A stretch of DNA of 64,000 nucleotides, taken from positions 812-64,811 of the forward strand of contig JBIJCO010000015.1 of NCBI GenBank assembly GCA_044344665.1, read 5' to 3'. The stretch's first letter is position 1. Each line of letters begins with the position of its first letter. Source of the stretch: Bacteroidia bacterium (GTDB lineage Bacteria; Bacteroidota; Bacteroidia; B-17B0; Aurantibacillaceae). Position numbers and translations under genes: made by a program. The notes beneath the pieces were generated by a model. The model had not been told where the DNA came from. It saw nothing but the letters and a program-made list of their open reading frames with translations, and searched no databases. Shown here one piece after another: positions 40,604 through 48,256 of the stretch.

Positions 40604-40658
40604 GTGTAACAGGTGTAACGTTTGTAACAGGGTGTTACAAGTGTTACAGGTGTTACAA
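40604..40658. repeat. Palindromic iteron-like array (putative replication origin)
   Basis: Six 9-bp units: GTGTAACAG, GTGTAACGT, TTGTAACAG, (G), GTGTTACAA, GTGTTACAG, GTGTTACAA. The halves form a 25-bp inverted repeat (21/25 match) around GGG and fill most of the helicase-primase gap. Confidence 0.8.
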
Positions 40659-41783
40659 TTTGTTTTGTTTATCTAAAATTCGTTTCGCTTGTTGGTGAGA
40701 AATACCCAGTTCAACCCCTATTTCTCGAAGGCTTCGCCCTTGCTGTTTTAGTTCGCTTACCTTTTCGTTTAGGTTTTCTTTATCCTTTTCGGTGTGCTGT
40801 TTCAGGTGTTCCCATTCCTTACCGAAATTCACAAACTCAAACATTAAGAAATTAAGAGGCTTATCAATTTGACAAACACAAACATTTTCAGCATCGTAAA
40901 TTTGTTCGGTGTTCCGTTGCTTAATTTGTTTCAGGTAGCGTAAATTTTTGTCGCTGTGGCTTTCACCTATTGAAAAGGAACTATCACAAAAGTTTATTAG
41001 CATCTTACTGCCTTGTAAATCATTTCGGGTAATTGGTTTTGATAAGTCCCTTTTTGGTGTGTGTGCAAGTGCCAAAATAGAAAGCCCGTATTTGTTTTTT
41101 AATGCTTTCAAATGTTTCATTAAAGGCAAAGCATCTTTAGCCTTTTCAGTTTCATTTTTGAGGTAAGTAAGGTTATCAATGATTAAAACTTTTGCCCCTG
41201 TTTCGGTAATGCTTCGTTCCAATGAATGGTTGAGGTAATCCTCAAAGGTTTGGGCTTCAGGTATGTTGGCATCGGGGTTTATTTCAACCCGAATAAAGTT
41301 GTTATCAAAGTTGTAATGCTGTTCAAACTTTATTGAATATCGGTTTTCAAATTGTTTGTCGCTTAACTCAAAATCAAAATACAAAATCGGTTGCTTTGGT
41401 GTTTCCAATTTAAAGCCCCGTATCTGTTCGCCCTTGCTTATACTGTTACCAATTTGCACGGCTAAAATTGACTTACCTAAATTGGTGTCGGCAAACAAAA
41501 TACATAGTTCACCCTCAAACCAAAATTCACCAAAAAGCATTTGCGGAATAGGTCGGGTTTTCGCCTGTTCAATCCAACGGCTGGCTGTTTTTACTGTGAA
41601 CAGTCCTTTACTTTCTTTGGCTTCATTGCCTTGCTTTAAAAGTTGTTCAGCTTCGGTTTTAATATCCTCAACTCCGATATTGTATTTATCCAATTCAAAC
41701 ACAGGGGTAATGGTGTTTAAATTTGTATCTTTGTTCCCGTCTTTAGTGCTTAACTTATTAGGGGTGTTGTTATGTTCCTGCAT
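40653..41783 (-). CDS. AAA_25/RecA-fold ATPase (putative replicative helicase) with C-terminal HTH
   Basis: Walker A variant FADTNLGKS, Walker B LIIDN, LAHTPK, DLQGSK, YLKQIKQRN; C-terminal GRSLREIGVELGISHQQAKRIL. Confidence 0.85.
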   Translation of the reverse strand: MQEHNNTPNKLSTKDGNKDTNLNTITPVFELDKYNIGVEDIKTEAEQLLKQGNEAKESKGLFTVKTASRWIEQAKTRPIPQMLFGEFWFEGELCILFADTNLGKSILAVQIGNSISKGEQIRGFKLETPKQPILYFDFELSDKQFENRYSIKFEQHYNFDNNFIRVEINPDANIPEAQTFEDYLNHSLERSITETGAKVLIIDNLTYLKNETEKAKDALPLMKHLKALKNKYGLSILALAHTPKRDLSKPITRNDLQGSKMLINFCDSSFSIGESHSDKNLRYLKQIKQRNTEQIYDAENVCVCQIDKPLNFLMFEFVNFGKEWEHLKQHTEKDKENLNEKVSELKQQGRSLREIGVELGISHQQAKRILDKQNKL

Positions 41784-41786
41784 AGC

Positions 41787-42113
41787 TTACCCCTTTTTAG
41801 TTTTACAATATTGTTCGGCTTCGCTGTCTGTTTCTGCCAACGTCCTTTTTCTGCCTTGCTTCAAATAATTGATTAACTCAACTTTTGAAAAGTAACAACG
41901 CTTTGAACGCTTCATTACTGGCAATTCGCCTTTACTTATTAAAGTGTAAACGGTGGGAACTGAAAGGCTCAAAAATTTAGCCGTGTCCTGAACTGTTAAA
42001 AGTTCGTCTGTTTCGAGTTGTTCGCCCTGCTCTTTAGATGTGTGTTTGAGGTCGAGCAATAAGGTTTCAATATTGTTTAACCTTGCCTCAATTAATTCAA
42101 ATGGATTATTCAT
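41787..42113 (-). CDS. Excisionase-like helix-turn-helix (HTH_17) protein
   Basis: ELLTVQDTAKFLSLSVPTVYTLISKGELP...RCYFSKVELINYL. ORF track starts at 42140 (TTG); the ATG at 42113 (MNNPFE) is more likely. Confidence 0.88.
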   Translation of the reverse strand: MNNPFELIEARLNNIETLLLDLKHTSKEQGEQLETDELLTVQDTAKFLSLSVPTVYTLISKGELPVMKRSKRCYFSKVELINYLKQGRKRTLAETDSEAEQYCKTKKG

Positions 42114-42163
42114 TTTGTACAAGTTTTTAATTACTTGCACAAATATTGGTTGGCTTAAAAGTG

Positions 42164-42190
42164 GGTAACTGGTTACAACTGGTTACAATC
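42164..42190. promoter_or_regulatory. GTTAC-core repeat cluster upstream of the xis-helicase-primase-TerS-like operon
   Basis: GGTAAC TG GTTAC palindrome plus tandem CTGGTTACAA x2 (10-bp period); same GTTACA core as the 40604-40658 array. Confidence 0.55.
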
Positions 42191-42191
42191 T

Positions 42192-42965
42192 TTATTGATA
42201 TTCATTTTCAAATAAGGTTTTCAATATTCTTATTTCATCAATAGCCCTTTGTTTGTTGTTATCTGACAAATGACTAATAACGCTTTCAAACAGTTTAATT
42301 TTATTCTTTAGCTTTTTAGGTGTACAATGTGTCGGCTTTCCTTTCCTGTTTGCTGTACTGGAATAGTATGAATAATCCTGAAACAATCCCTCACCTGAAT
42401 TTTTAGACGTGTACCCGTGTTTAGCTGCAATTTCCTTAGCGTTTCCCCTTGTTATTTGTAAACCTTCGTAAAAGTGAATAAGTGCAATTTGAGAAACTTT
42501 AAGTTTATCCGTTTTCGTTTCAGATTGTTGAGTTGTTAAGGCTTCGGGGTTGGTATTGTAGTATAAATAATCAATAGGTTGTTTATTAAATATTTCAATC
42601 CATTCAATTAATGTTTTTTCAAGCGTTGCTCTTAGTTCTGCTTTATAGTTTTGTGGGTTTAAATTTATACTTTCAAAAGTAGCTTTTAACCAATCTAAAG
42701 GGTTTCCGCCTGACTGCCTGTAATTATCAAATAATTCCCGTAAATATGAAACAACAGTTTCGTGGGTAAAATAATTATTTTTTAATTCTGTTTGTAAACT
42801 TGCTAAATCAAAATAATAAAGCTGCTCAATATGAATATCAGTTAATTCAAAATCGGGGTAATTATCAAACATTTCATTTACAGTTATTGGTTTTCCTTCA
42901 ATTCCTGTTTGATATTCAAAATTAAAAAGTAGCCCGTAAAAAGGTATATATTCTGAAACTTTCAT
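42192..42965 (-). CDS. Hypothetical protein between integrase and excisionase
   Basis: 257-aa ORF co-oriented with element genes; no family recognised. Confidence 0.75.
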   Translation of the reverse strand: MKVSEYIPFYGLLFNFEYQTGIEGKPITVNEMFDNYPDFELTDIHIEQLYYFDLASLQTELKNNYFTHETVVSYLRELFDNYRQSGGNPLDWLKATFESINLNPQNYKAELRATLEKTLIEWIEIFNKQPIDYLYYNTNPEALTTQQSETKTDKLKVSQIALIHFYEGLQITRGNAKEIAAKHGYTSKNSGEGLFQDYSYYSSTANRKGKPTHCTPKKLKNKIKLFESVISHLSDNNKQRAIDEIRILKTLFENEYQ

Positions 42966-42986
42966 TTATCTTTTATGCTTAGTAGG

Positions 42987-44129
42987 TTAAAAATCTAATT
43001 GTATTTTGTTGGCTGCTTCACGTTTGGTTTGGTCTATAATCTTTGCGTAAATCTGTGTGGTTTTTAGTTCACGGTGCCCCAGCATTTTAGAAACAGTATA
43101 AATATCCGTTCCCTTTGATAGTTGCAAGGTTGCGAAAGTGTGGCGGAAACAATGAAAGGTTATATCCTTTTCAATACCTGCAAGCCCTATCCATTTAGCA
43201 AGATGTTTATTTTCGTATGCTGAATAAGTAAGCCCCTCAAATACTTTGTCGCTGGGTTCTTTACGTTCACCCAATAAGCTAAAAGCTTGTTCAGAAATTG
43301 GCATCATTTCAACCCCTTTTGTTTTTTGTTGTTTAAACTGGATAAAATACCCGTTGCCTTCAATGTATTCCAATTCGCCCCAAACAAGATTTTTAATATC
43401 TGAAAACCTCAACCCTGTGAGGGCTGAAAATAGGGCTGCACGTTTCAATAAAGGGTTGTTACATTCAGTTTTTACAAGGCTGTTAAGTTCCTCAATAGTT
43501 AAAAAGTTTCTTTGTGTTTCTGCCTGTTTAATTGGTTGTATTTTACCATTCAGGTCGTTGGGTAAATACCCGTCTTTATAGGCTTGTTTTAAAGTTGCTT
43601 TCAGTTTATTGAAATAGGAAACGGCTGAATTTTGGGCAAGGGTTACTTTATTGCTCTTATTGCTTTTGGTAGTGAGTAAATACTCTTTGAACTCATTACA
43701 AAACTTTTCGTTGAGGTCGGCAAACTTTAAATTTCCATTTGTGAATGTTTCTAGGTAATTGTGTGCTGAAACCCAGTTATCGTGGTTACTTGCTTTACGT
43801 TTGTCAGCAAGGCTTTTAAAGTAGGTAACAAAATTTTGTTCGCCTAGCTCTTTAATCTTTAATTGTTCCTTTTCGTACCCTGTGTAAATTTCAGGTTTGT
43901 TTAAATGGTTTTCACGTTTCTGCCTTATTTGTTCAGCAAGTTGCAAAGTTTCTTTATTGCCTTGCTTATCAATAGGGTTCTTTGCCTTGTTAAAAAGGTA
44001 CAACCCTAAAAATTCCCTTCGGGTTGGTTCACCAGTTTTGGGGTGTGGAATAGGTGGGTAAAAATCTAAATACAAGCTTTGCCTGTTACCTGAAATTTCC
44101 TTTTGTCTTAACTTAACTTTTATTGCCAT
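42987..44129 (-). CDS. int: Tyrosine recombinase/site-specific integrase (Bacteroidota type with N-terminal arm-binding domain)
   Basis: N-terminal SLYLDFYPP...RREFLGLYL; catalytic R (LTGLRFSDI), HCFRH, LGH and TTQIY all intact. Confidence 0.96.
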   Translation of the reverse strand: MAIKVKLRQKEISGNRQSLYLDFYPPIPHPKTGEPTRREFLGLYLFNKAKNPIDKQGNKETLQLAEQIRQKRENHLNKPEIYTGYEKEQLKIKELGEQNFVTYFKSLADKRKASNHDNWVSAHNYLETFTNGNLKFADLNEKFCNEFKEYLLTTKSNKSNKVTLAQNSAVSYFNKLKATLKQAYKDGYLPNDLNGKIQPIKQAETQRNFLTIEELNSLVKTECNNPLLKRAALFSALTGLRFSDIKNLVWGELEYIEGNGYFIQFKQQKTKGVEMMPISEQAFSLLGERKEPSDKVFEGLTYSAYENKHLAKWIGLAGIEKDITFHCFRHTFATLQLSKGTDIYTVSKMLGHRELKTTQIYAKIIDQTKREAANKIQLDF

Positions 44130-44149
44130 TATCTTTTATGTTTTAGTAT

Positions 44150-44713
44150 TTAACTAAATAGTTTATCTATAAACGTTTTAGGAACGTATGCAAACCAGCC
44201 TTTTTTTATTTTAGGTATGCTGTTTCGTTTTATAAGGTTTTGTAAGGTTGTTTCTGAAATACCGTATTTGCTTTTTACTTCTGTAAAGTTGTAACAGTCT
44301 GCAATATCAAACTGCTTTTGTTCAGGTTGCTTTTCGGGTTGAGGTGTTCGGTTGGTTGGCTCTATAAATAGTTTGTCAAGGTCTGAACGCTTTACAATAG
44401 TTTTCTTTAATAAAATGTTTGTCGCTTTCAGCTTACCCGTATTGATAAGGTTGTAAACATTTTGTCGGGAACAGCCTATTAATTTTGAAACCTGTGTAAC
44501 GCTTAAAAATTCCTTTGCTTTTAGTTCCTCAATAGGTTGTTTTTTTATACGCTGTGTTTCTTTATTGCTTTGCTCAACCTTACCAGCCCTTAATCTTGCC
44601 TTGTAAGCCTTTTTACTGCAAGTATCACTACAATACTGGGTTACTGTGGTTCTTGCTGTGAACTCATTACCACAATGCTGGCAAATACGTTGTATCTTAA
44701 TATTTGAACTCAT
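44150..44713 (-). CDS. Zinc-finger + tandem excisionase-like HTH protein
   Basis: CQHCG...YCSDTC; first [24 protein letters not shown]; second [24 protein letters not shown]. Confidence 0.85.
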   Translation of the reverse strand: MSSNIKIQRICQHCGNEFTARTTVTQYCSDTCSKKAYKARLRAGKVEQSNKETQRIKKQPIEELKAKEFLSVTQVSKLIGCSRQNVYNLINTGKLKATNILLKKTIVKRSDLDKLFIEPTNRTPQPEKQPEQKQFDIADCYNFTEVKSKYGISETTLQNLIKRNSIPKIKKGWFAYVPKTFIDKLFS

Positions 44714-44775
44714 TTCGTGCTATTCTGTATTAAATTGTTTAAAAGTGTAAAATTTGTAAACTTAAAAAATGGGTT

Positions 44776-44827
44776 GAGGTACAAATTTGCCTTTCAACCC
44801 ATAGTAAGGTACAATAAAGGTACAAAT
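44776..44827 (+). repeat. Arm-type integrase-binding repeats, right end
   Basis: GAGGTACAAAT (44776), AAGGTACAATA (44806), AAGGTACAAAT (44817); same motif, orientation and 11-bp tandem period as the left-end pair. Confidence 0.7.
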
Positions 44828-44880
44828 ATTCAATAAAAAAACAACTATTAAAACAAAATAAACCTATCAGTTAAGGTATT

Positions 44881-44905
44881 AAAAAAGCCCTTAAATAGAG
44901 GGCTT
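44881..44905 (-). terminator. Element-supplied terminator just downstream of mnmE
   Basis: Minus strand AAGCCCT-CTATTTA-AGGGCTT followed by TTTT, 45 nt after the mnmE stop. Confidence 0.65.
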
Positions 44906-44950
44906 ATTATAGGTTTAGTATGGTTTTTGTGTTTGTTTGTTTTGTGGTGG

Positions 44951-44965
44951 TTATTTTCCGATACA
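44951..44965. repeat. att site, right copy (within mnmE last codons)
   Basis: TTATTTTCCGATACA; minus strand TGT ATC GGA AAA TAA = C-I-G-K-stop. Confidence 0.85.
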
Positions 44966-46345
44966 AAACTTAGAAAAAATATTACTTAGTAGGTCATCGG
45001 TGGTAACTTCACCGGTAATAAGCCCAATTTCTTCAAGGGCGTAGCGTATATCTAAGGCTAGTATATCGGTAACAATGTTTTGGTTTAATCCTTCTAACAC
45101 TTTGTTGAGTGCCGCATTTACATTTTTTAGCGAGTTGGCATGCCTTGCATTAGTTACAATAGTATCGGTTGCAGTTATCGAAGTTGAGTCGTATAAGCCA
45201 AGCAGTTTTTGTTTTAGCTCACTAATTTGCAAGTGTGTTTTTGCTGAAATAAACAGTATATCTTTAAAATCAGAAAACTCAGTTGTTAACTCAGAGCTAT
45301 TTTTTGAATCAATTTTATTGCCAACTAAAAGCAGTTGCGAGGTGCCAATATGTTCTTTTAATAATTCAATTTCATTTTTTAAATCGCCACTGCTTAGCTC
45401 GTTTACATCAAATAAATAAATAATAACTGCCGATTTTTTAATGGCTTCAAAGGCTTTATTTACACCAATTTGTTCAATAACATCGTTAGTGGTTCGTATG
45501 CCGGCAGTATCTATAAATCTAAACAATACGCCATCAATTGTAATTTCATCTTCAATGGTATCTCTGGTAGTACCGGCAATTTCACTAACGATTGCGCGCT
45601 CATCGTTTAATAGGGTATTAAGTAGCGTTGATTTTCCTGCATTTGGTTTTCCAATAATTGCAACCGGAATGCCATTTTTTATTACGTTACCTAATTCAAA
45701 GCTGCTAAGCAGATTTAAAACAATGGTATTAATTGAATGAACTAAATTTTTAAGTTCGTTTCTGTTTGCAAATTCAACATCTTCCTCACTAAAATCCAAT
45801 TCTAGTTCAATTAATGAAGCAAAATTAATTAGCTTTTCACGCAGTAGTTTTATTTTGTTACTGAAACCTCCCCGCATTTGTTTCATGGCTATTTCATGCG
45901 ATAGAGCAGAATTACTAGCAATTAAATCAGCAACGGCTTCGGCCTGACTTAAATCGAACTTGCCATTTAAAAAAGCGCGTAAGGTAAACTCTCCAGGTTC
46001 TGCCAGGCGTGCCCCCGAATTTAAAAACAACTGTAATAATTGTTGGATGATGTATGGAGAACCATGACACGATACCTCTGCGCAATCTTGTCCGGTAAAC
46101 GAATTTGGATTTTTAAAAATGCTTACTAAAACTTCGTCAATAATAATTTCTTTATTAATAATTAAACCAAAATGTAGGGTATGCGTTAAGCTATTTTTAA
46201 GTTTCTTTTTTTGAAGTGATTTTGAATAAAAATAAGTTTCAATTATTGTAAAGGCTTCAGGGCCGCTCAAACGAATAACTGCAATTGCCGAACTTCCATG
46301 CGCCGTTGCTAATGCAACAATGGTATCGTTGGTTTCAAATTTCAT
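44951..46345 (-). CDS. mnmE: tRNA uridine-5-carboxymethylaminomethyl(34) synthesis GTPase MnmE (TrmE)
   Basis: DTIVALAT, EPGEFTLRAFLNGK, GKPNAGKST, GTTRD, DTAG, NKID, terminal FSKFCIGK. Confidence 0.98.
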   Translation of the reverse strand: MKFETNDTIVALATAHGSSAIAVIRLSGPEAFTIIETYFYSKSLQKKKLKNSLTHTLHFGLIINKEIIIDEVLVSIFKNPNSFTGQDCAEVSCHGSPYIIQQLLQLFLNSGARLAEPGEFTLRAFLNGKFDLSQAEAVADLIASNSALSHEIAMKQMRGGFSNKIKLLREKLINFASLIELELDFSEEDVEFANRNELKNLVHSINTIVLNLLSSFELGNVIKNGIPVAIIGKPNAGKSTLLNTLLNDERAIVSEIAGTTRDTIEDEITIDGVLFRFIDTAGIRTTNDVIEQIGVNKAFEAIKKSAVIIYLFDVNELSSGDLKNEIELLKEHIGTSQLLLVGNKIDSKNSSELTTEFSDFKDILFISAKTHLQISELKQKLLGLYDSTSITATDTIVTNARHANSLKNVNAALNKVLEGLNQNIVTDILALDIRYALEEIGLITGEVTTDDLLSNIFSKFCIGK

Positions 46346-46360
46346 TTTAAATTAAAAGTT

Positions 46361-46368
46361 CAAAATTA
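46361..46368 (-). promoter_or_regulatory. Candidate -7 box for mnmE
   Basis: TAATTTTG on the minus strand, 15 nt upstream of the ATG at 46345. Confidence 0.45.
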
Positions 46369-46380
46369 TTAAAATAACAA

Positions 46381-47574
46381 TTATATTTTTAAAGGTTTTA
46401 CTTTATTAAATAGCAACAACGCCATAACAGAAAAAAAAACCGCCAAATAACCAAGGTAAGTGTAGTTTTGTAATTGATGATTTGCAGATTGAACTACAAT
46501 AAAGCCACCAATTAAAGATGTTATGGAAGTACCGAATTGCTGAACAGATGAATTTATAATTAAAAAAGCGCCTCTGATATTTGGTTGTGCGGTAGAAGTT
46601 ACATGTGCCATCGAAATAATCATGCGAGAACCACTGAATACAAAAAAACTTGCTGTAAAACAAAGTAACACTAATTTACTTTGTGTGTGTAAATTTGGTA
46701 TGCCCAATAAAGGAATTAATGATAGTATTGACAAGGCAAGAAGCACTTTAAATCTGCCTATTTTATCGCTTAATTTACCAATTAGGGGTGAGGAAAATGC
46801 TGTAATGATACCGCCAACAATATAAATTAAAGGTACAGTGCTTGAGTAATCAAATCCTAAATTATAGGTAAAAAAATCAGATAAAAACGGAATAATAAAA
46901 AAATGCGCCGGCATAATCATTAAGGTAAGTAACAAGGCCCATCTGCGATTGGCATCGGATAAAACACTTTTCGTTACGCCAAAAAAACTTTGTTGCTGAT
47001 ATGTTTTTAAATGTATGGTAAAAGAAGGCACTACAAATAAAATACCAATAAAAACCAAAGCGCACAATCCGCCTAATACTAAAAACGGCGTATACCAATG
47101 GTTATGAGCTGCTAGGTATAAGCCTCCCGGCACGCCAACAATACTTGCCAATGCAAATCCCATCATTAAAATACCCATGGCTTGCCCTCTTTTGTGAGCA
47201 GGTATCGCATCTCCAACAATTGATTGAATAATTGAACCAGATACACCACCAAACAATCCTGTAATAAAGCGGGCCAAAACTAACATTAAATAGCTGTTTG
47301 CAAATCCGCAAAAAAATGTACCAAGCGTAAAGCCGGCATAAATAAACACTAATACTTTTTTTCTGTCGTATTTATCTACTTTATTTACACATATTAATGA
47401 GGATATAAAAGCCCCAAAGCCGTATGCAAACACAGCAATTCCAAATTGTTTAGGGTTAATGCCCCATAGTTCTGTTAACTTCGGTTTTAGTGGCATTAAC
47501 ACCATAAAATCTACAATGCCTGTGAATTGAACAAACGCTAATATGAGAAGTAAAATTATTTCGGGACGTTTCAT
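46381..47574 (-). CDS. MFS transporter
   Basis: 12 hydrophobic helices; DKYDRKK motif A variant, ARFITGLFGG, GKLSDKIGR. Confidence 0.9.
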   Translation of the reverse strand: MKRPEIILLLILAFVQFTGIVDFMVLMPLKPKLTELWGINPKQFGIAVFAYGFGAFISSLICVNKVDKYDRKKVLVFIYAGFTLGTFFCGFANSYLMLVLARFITGLFGGVSGSIIQSIVGDAIPAHKRGQAMGILMMGFALASIVGVPGGLYLAAHNHWYTPFLVLGGLCALVFIGILFVVPSFTIHLKTYQQQSFFGVTKSVLSDANRRWALLLTLMIMPAHFFIIPFLSDFFTYNLGFDYSSTVPLIYIVGGIITAFSSPLIGKLSDKIGRFKVLLALSILSLIPLLGIPNLHTQSKLVLLCFTASFFVFSGSRMIISMAHVTSTAQPNIRGAFLIINSSVQQFGTSITSLIGGFIVVQSANHQLQNYTYLGYLAVFFSVMALLLFNKVKPLKI

Positions 47575-47759
47575 GATAATTAAAGTTAATAAGCTGTCTA
47601 AATTAGTTTAAAATTAGCCCTAAATATTATTTTTAATTAAGTTATTATTTGTTATAAATAAAGATCTTCTTACAAAAGTTTTTTTAATGAATTTTTATAG
47701 CACTAAAAAAATGATAAAAGTTTAGTCAATTTTTGTATCTTAGAAATCAATAATTATTT

Positions 47760-48248
47760 ATGAGATTTATTTTTACAATTTTCGTTTTTTTATTTCTAGC
47801 TGTCCAAGCGCATGCCCAATTAAGCAATGGTTTTGTTTTTATAAAAGATACTTTACGTTTACCTGAAGTTAATAATGTTCTGGAGGGTGAATCTGTTTCA
47901 GCTATATTAAAAAAAGGTTCATCTTTTAAGTTGTTTAAAACATCAAATAATAAGTATTATTTTAAAATAATTGTTTCTGAAAATTTATATTTCAATAAAA
48001 AGGATGCCCTGGAAATTCTTTCAGGAACCAAAAGTATTTATTTTAAAGATGCTGTTAATTATGAATTAGATGACCACACGGGTTTTTACCTGGTTGAAGT
48101 TCTTAAAAATTATGTTGGCACTTTAAAAGACGAAGGGGTAACTAGTATTGTGTTTAATAATACAGAAACAACTTACACCAAAAAAGAATGTAATCAAGTT
48201 AAACAAATGGCAAAATACTTTTACGAGAGTATTTCTGCTAAAAAATAA
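47760..48248 (+). CDS. Hypothetical exported protein
   Basis: Signal peptide ending AQAHA-Q; 8 nt upstream of the next gene. Confidence 0.7.
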   Translation: MRFIFTIFVFLFLAVQAHAQLSNGFVFIKDTLRLPEVNNVLEGESVSAILKKGSSFKLFKTSNNKYYFKIIVSENLYFNKKDALEILSGTKSIYFKDAVNYELDDHTGFYLVEVLKNYVGTLKDEGVTSIVFNNTETTYTKKECNQVKQMAKYFYESISAKK

Positions 48249-48256
48249 AAACACAC

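Larger units (their letters stand above)
37921..44965 (-). mobile_element. Integrative element in the mnmE 3' end: HTH, tyrosine integrase, unknown, xis, helicase, ori-like array, primase, TerS-like, cargo; phage-satellite-like
   Basis: Bounded by direct repeats TTTCCGATACA (37925-37935 and 44955-44965, the latter inside the last mnmE codons). Integrase lies near one end, arm-type repeats at both ends, and all core genes are co-oriented on the minus strand. Confidence 0.9.

Noticed and set aside
40604-40658. Possible mini-CRISPR array
   Set aside because: Units are 9 bp, abut each other with no spacers, and no cas genes are present.
41356-41868. 170-aa plus-strand ORF inside the element
   Set aside because: Antisense shadow of the helicase/xis genes with no recognisable motifs.
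44771-44800. GGGTTGA...TCAACCC hairpin as a tRNA fragment or ncRNA
   Set aside because: No cloverleaf, T-loop or CCA; better explained as part of the att arm/promoter region.
37921-44965. Element as a mobilisable transposon (NBU/Tn-type) or prophage remnant
   Set aside because: No relaxase/mob motif and no structural phage genes were recognised, and core ORFs look intact. An oriT used in trans cannot be excluded by eye.
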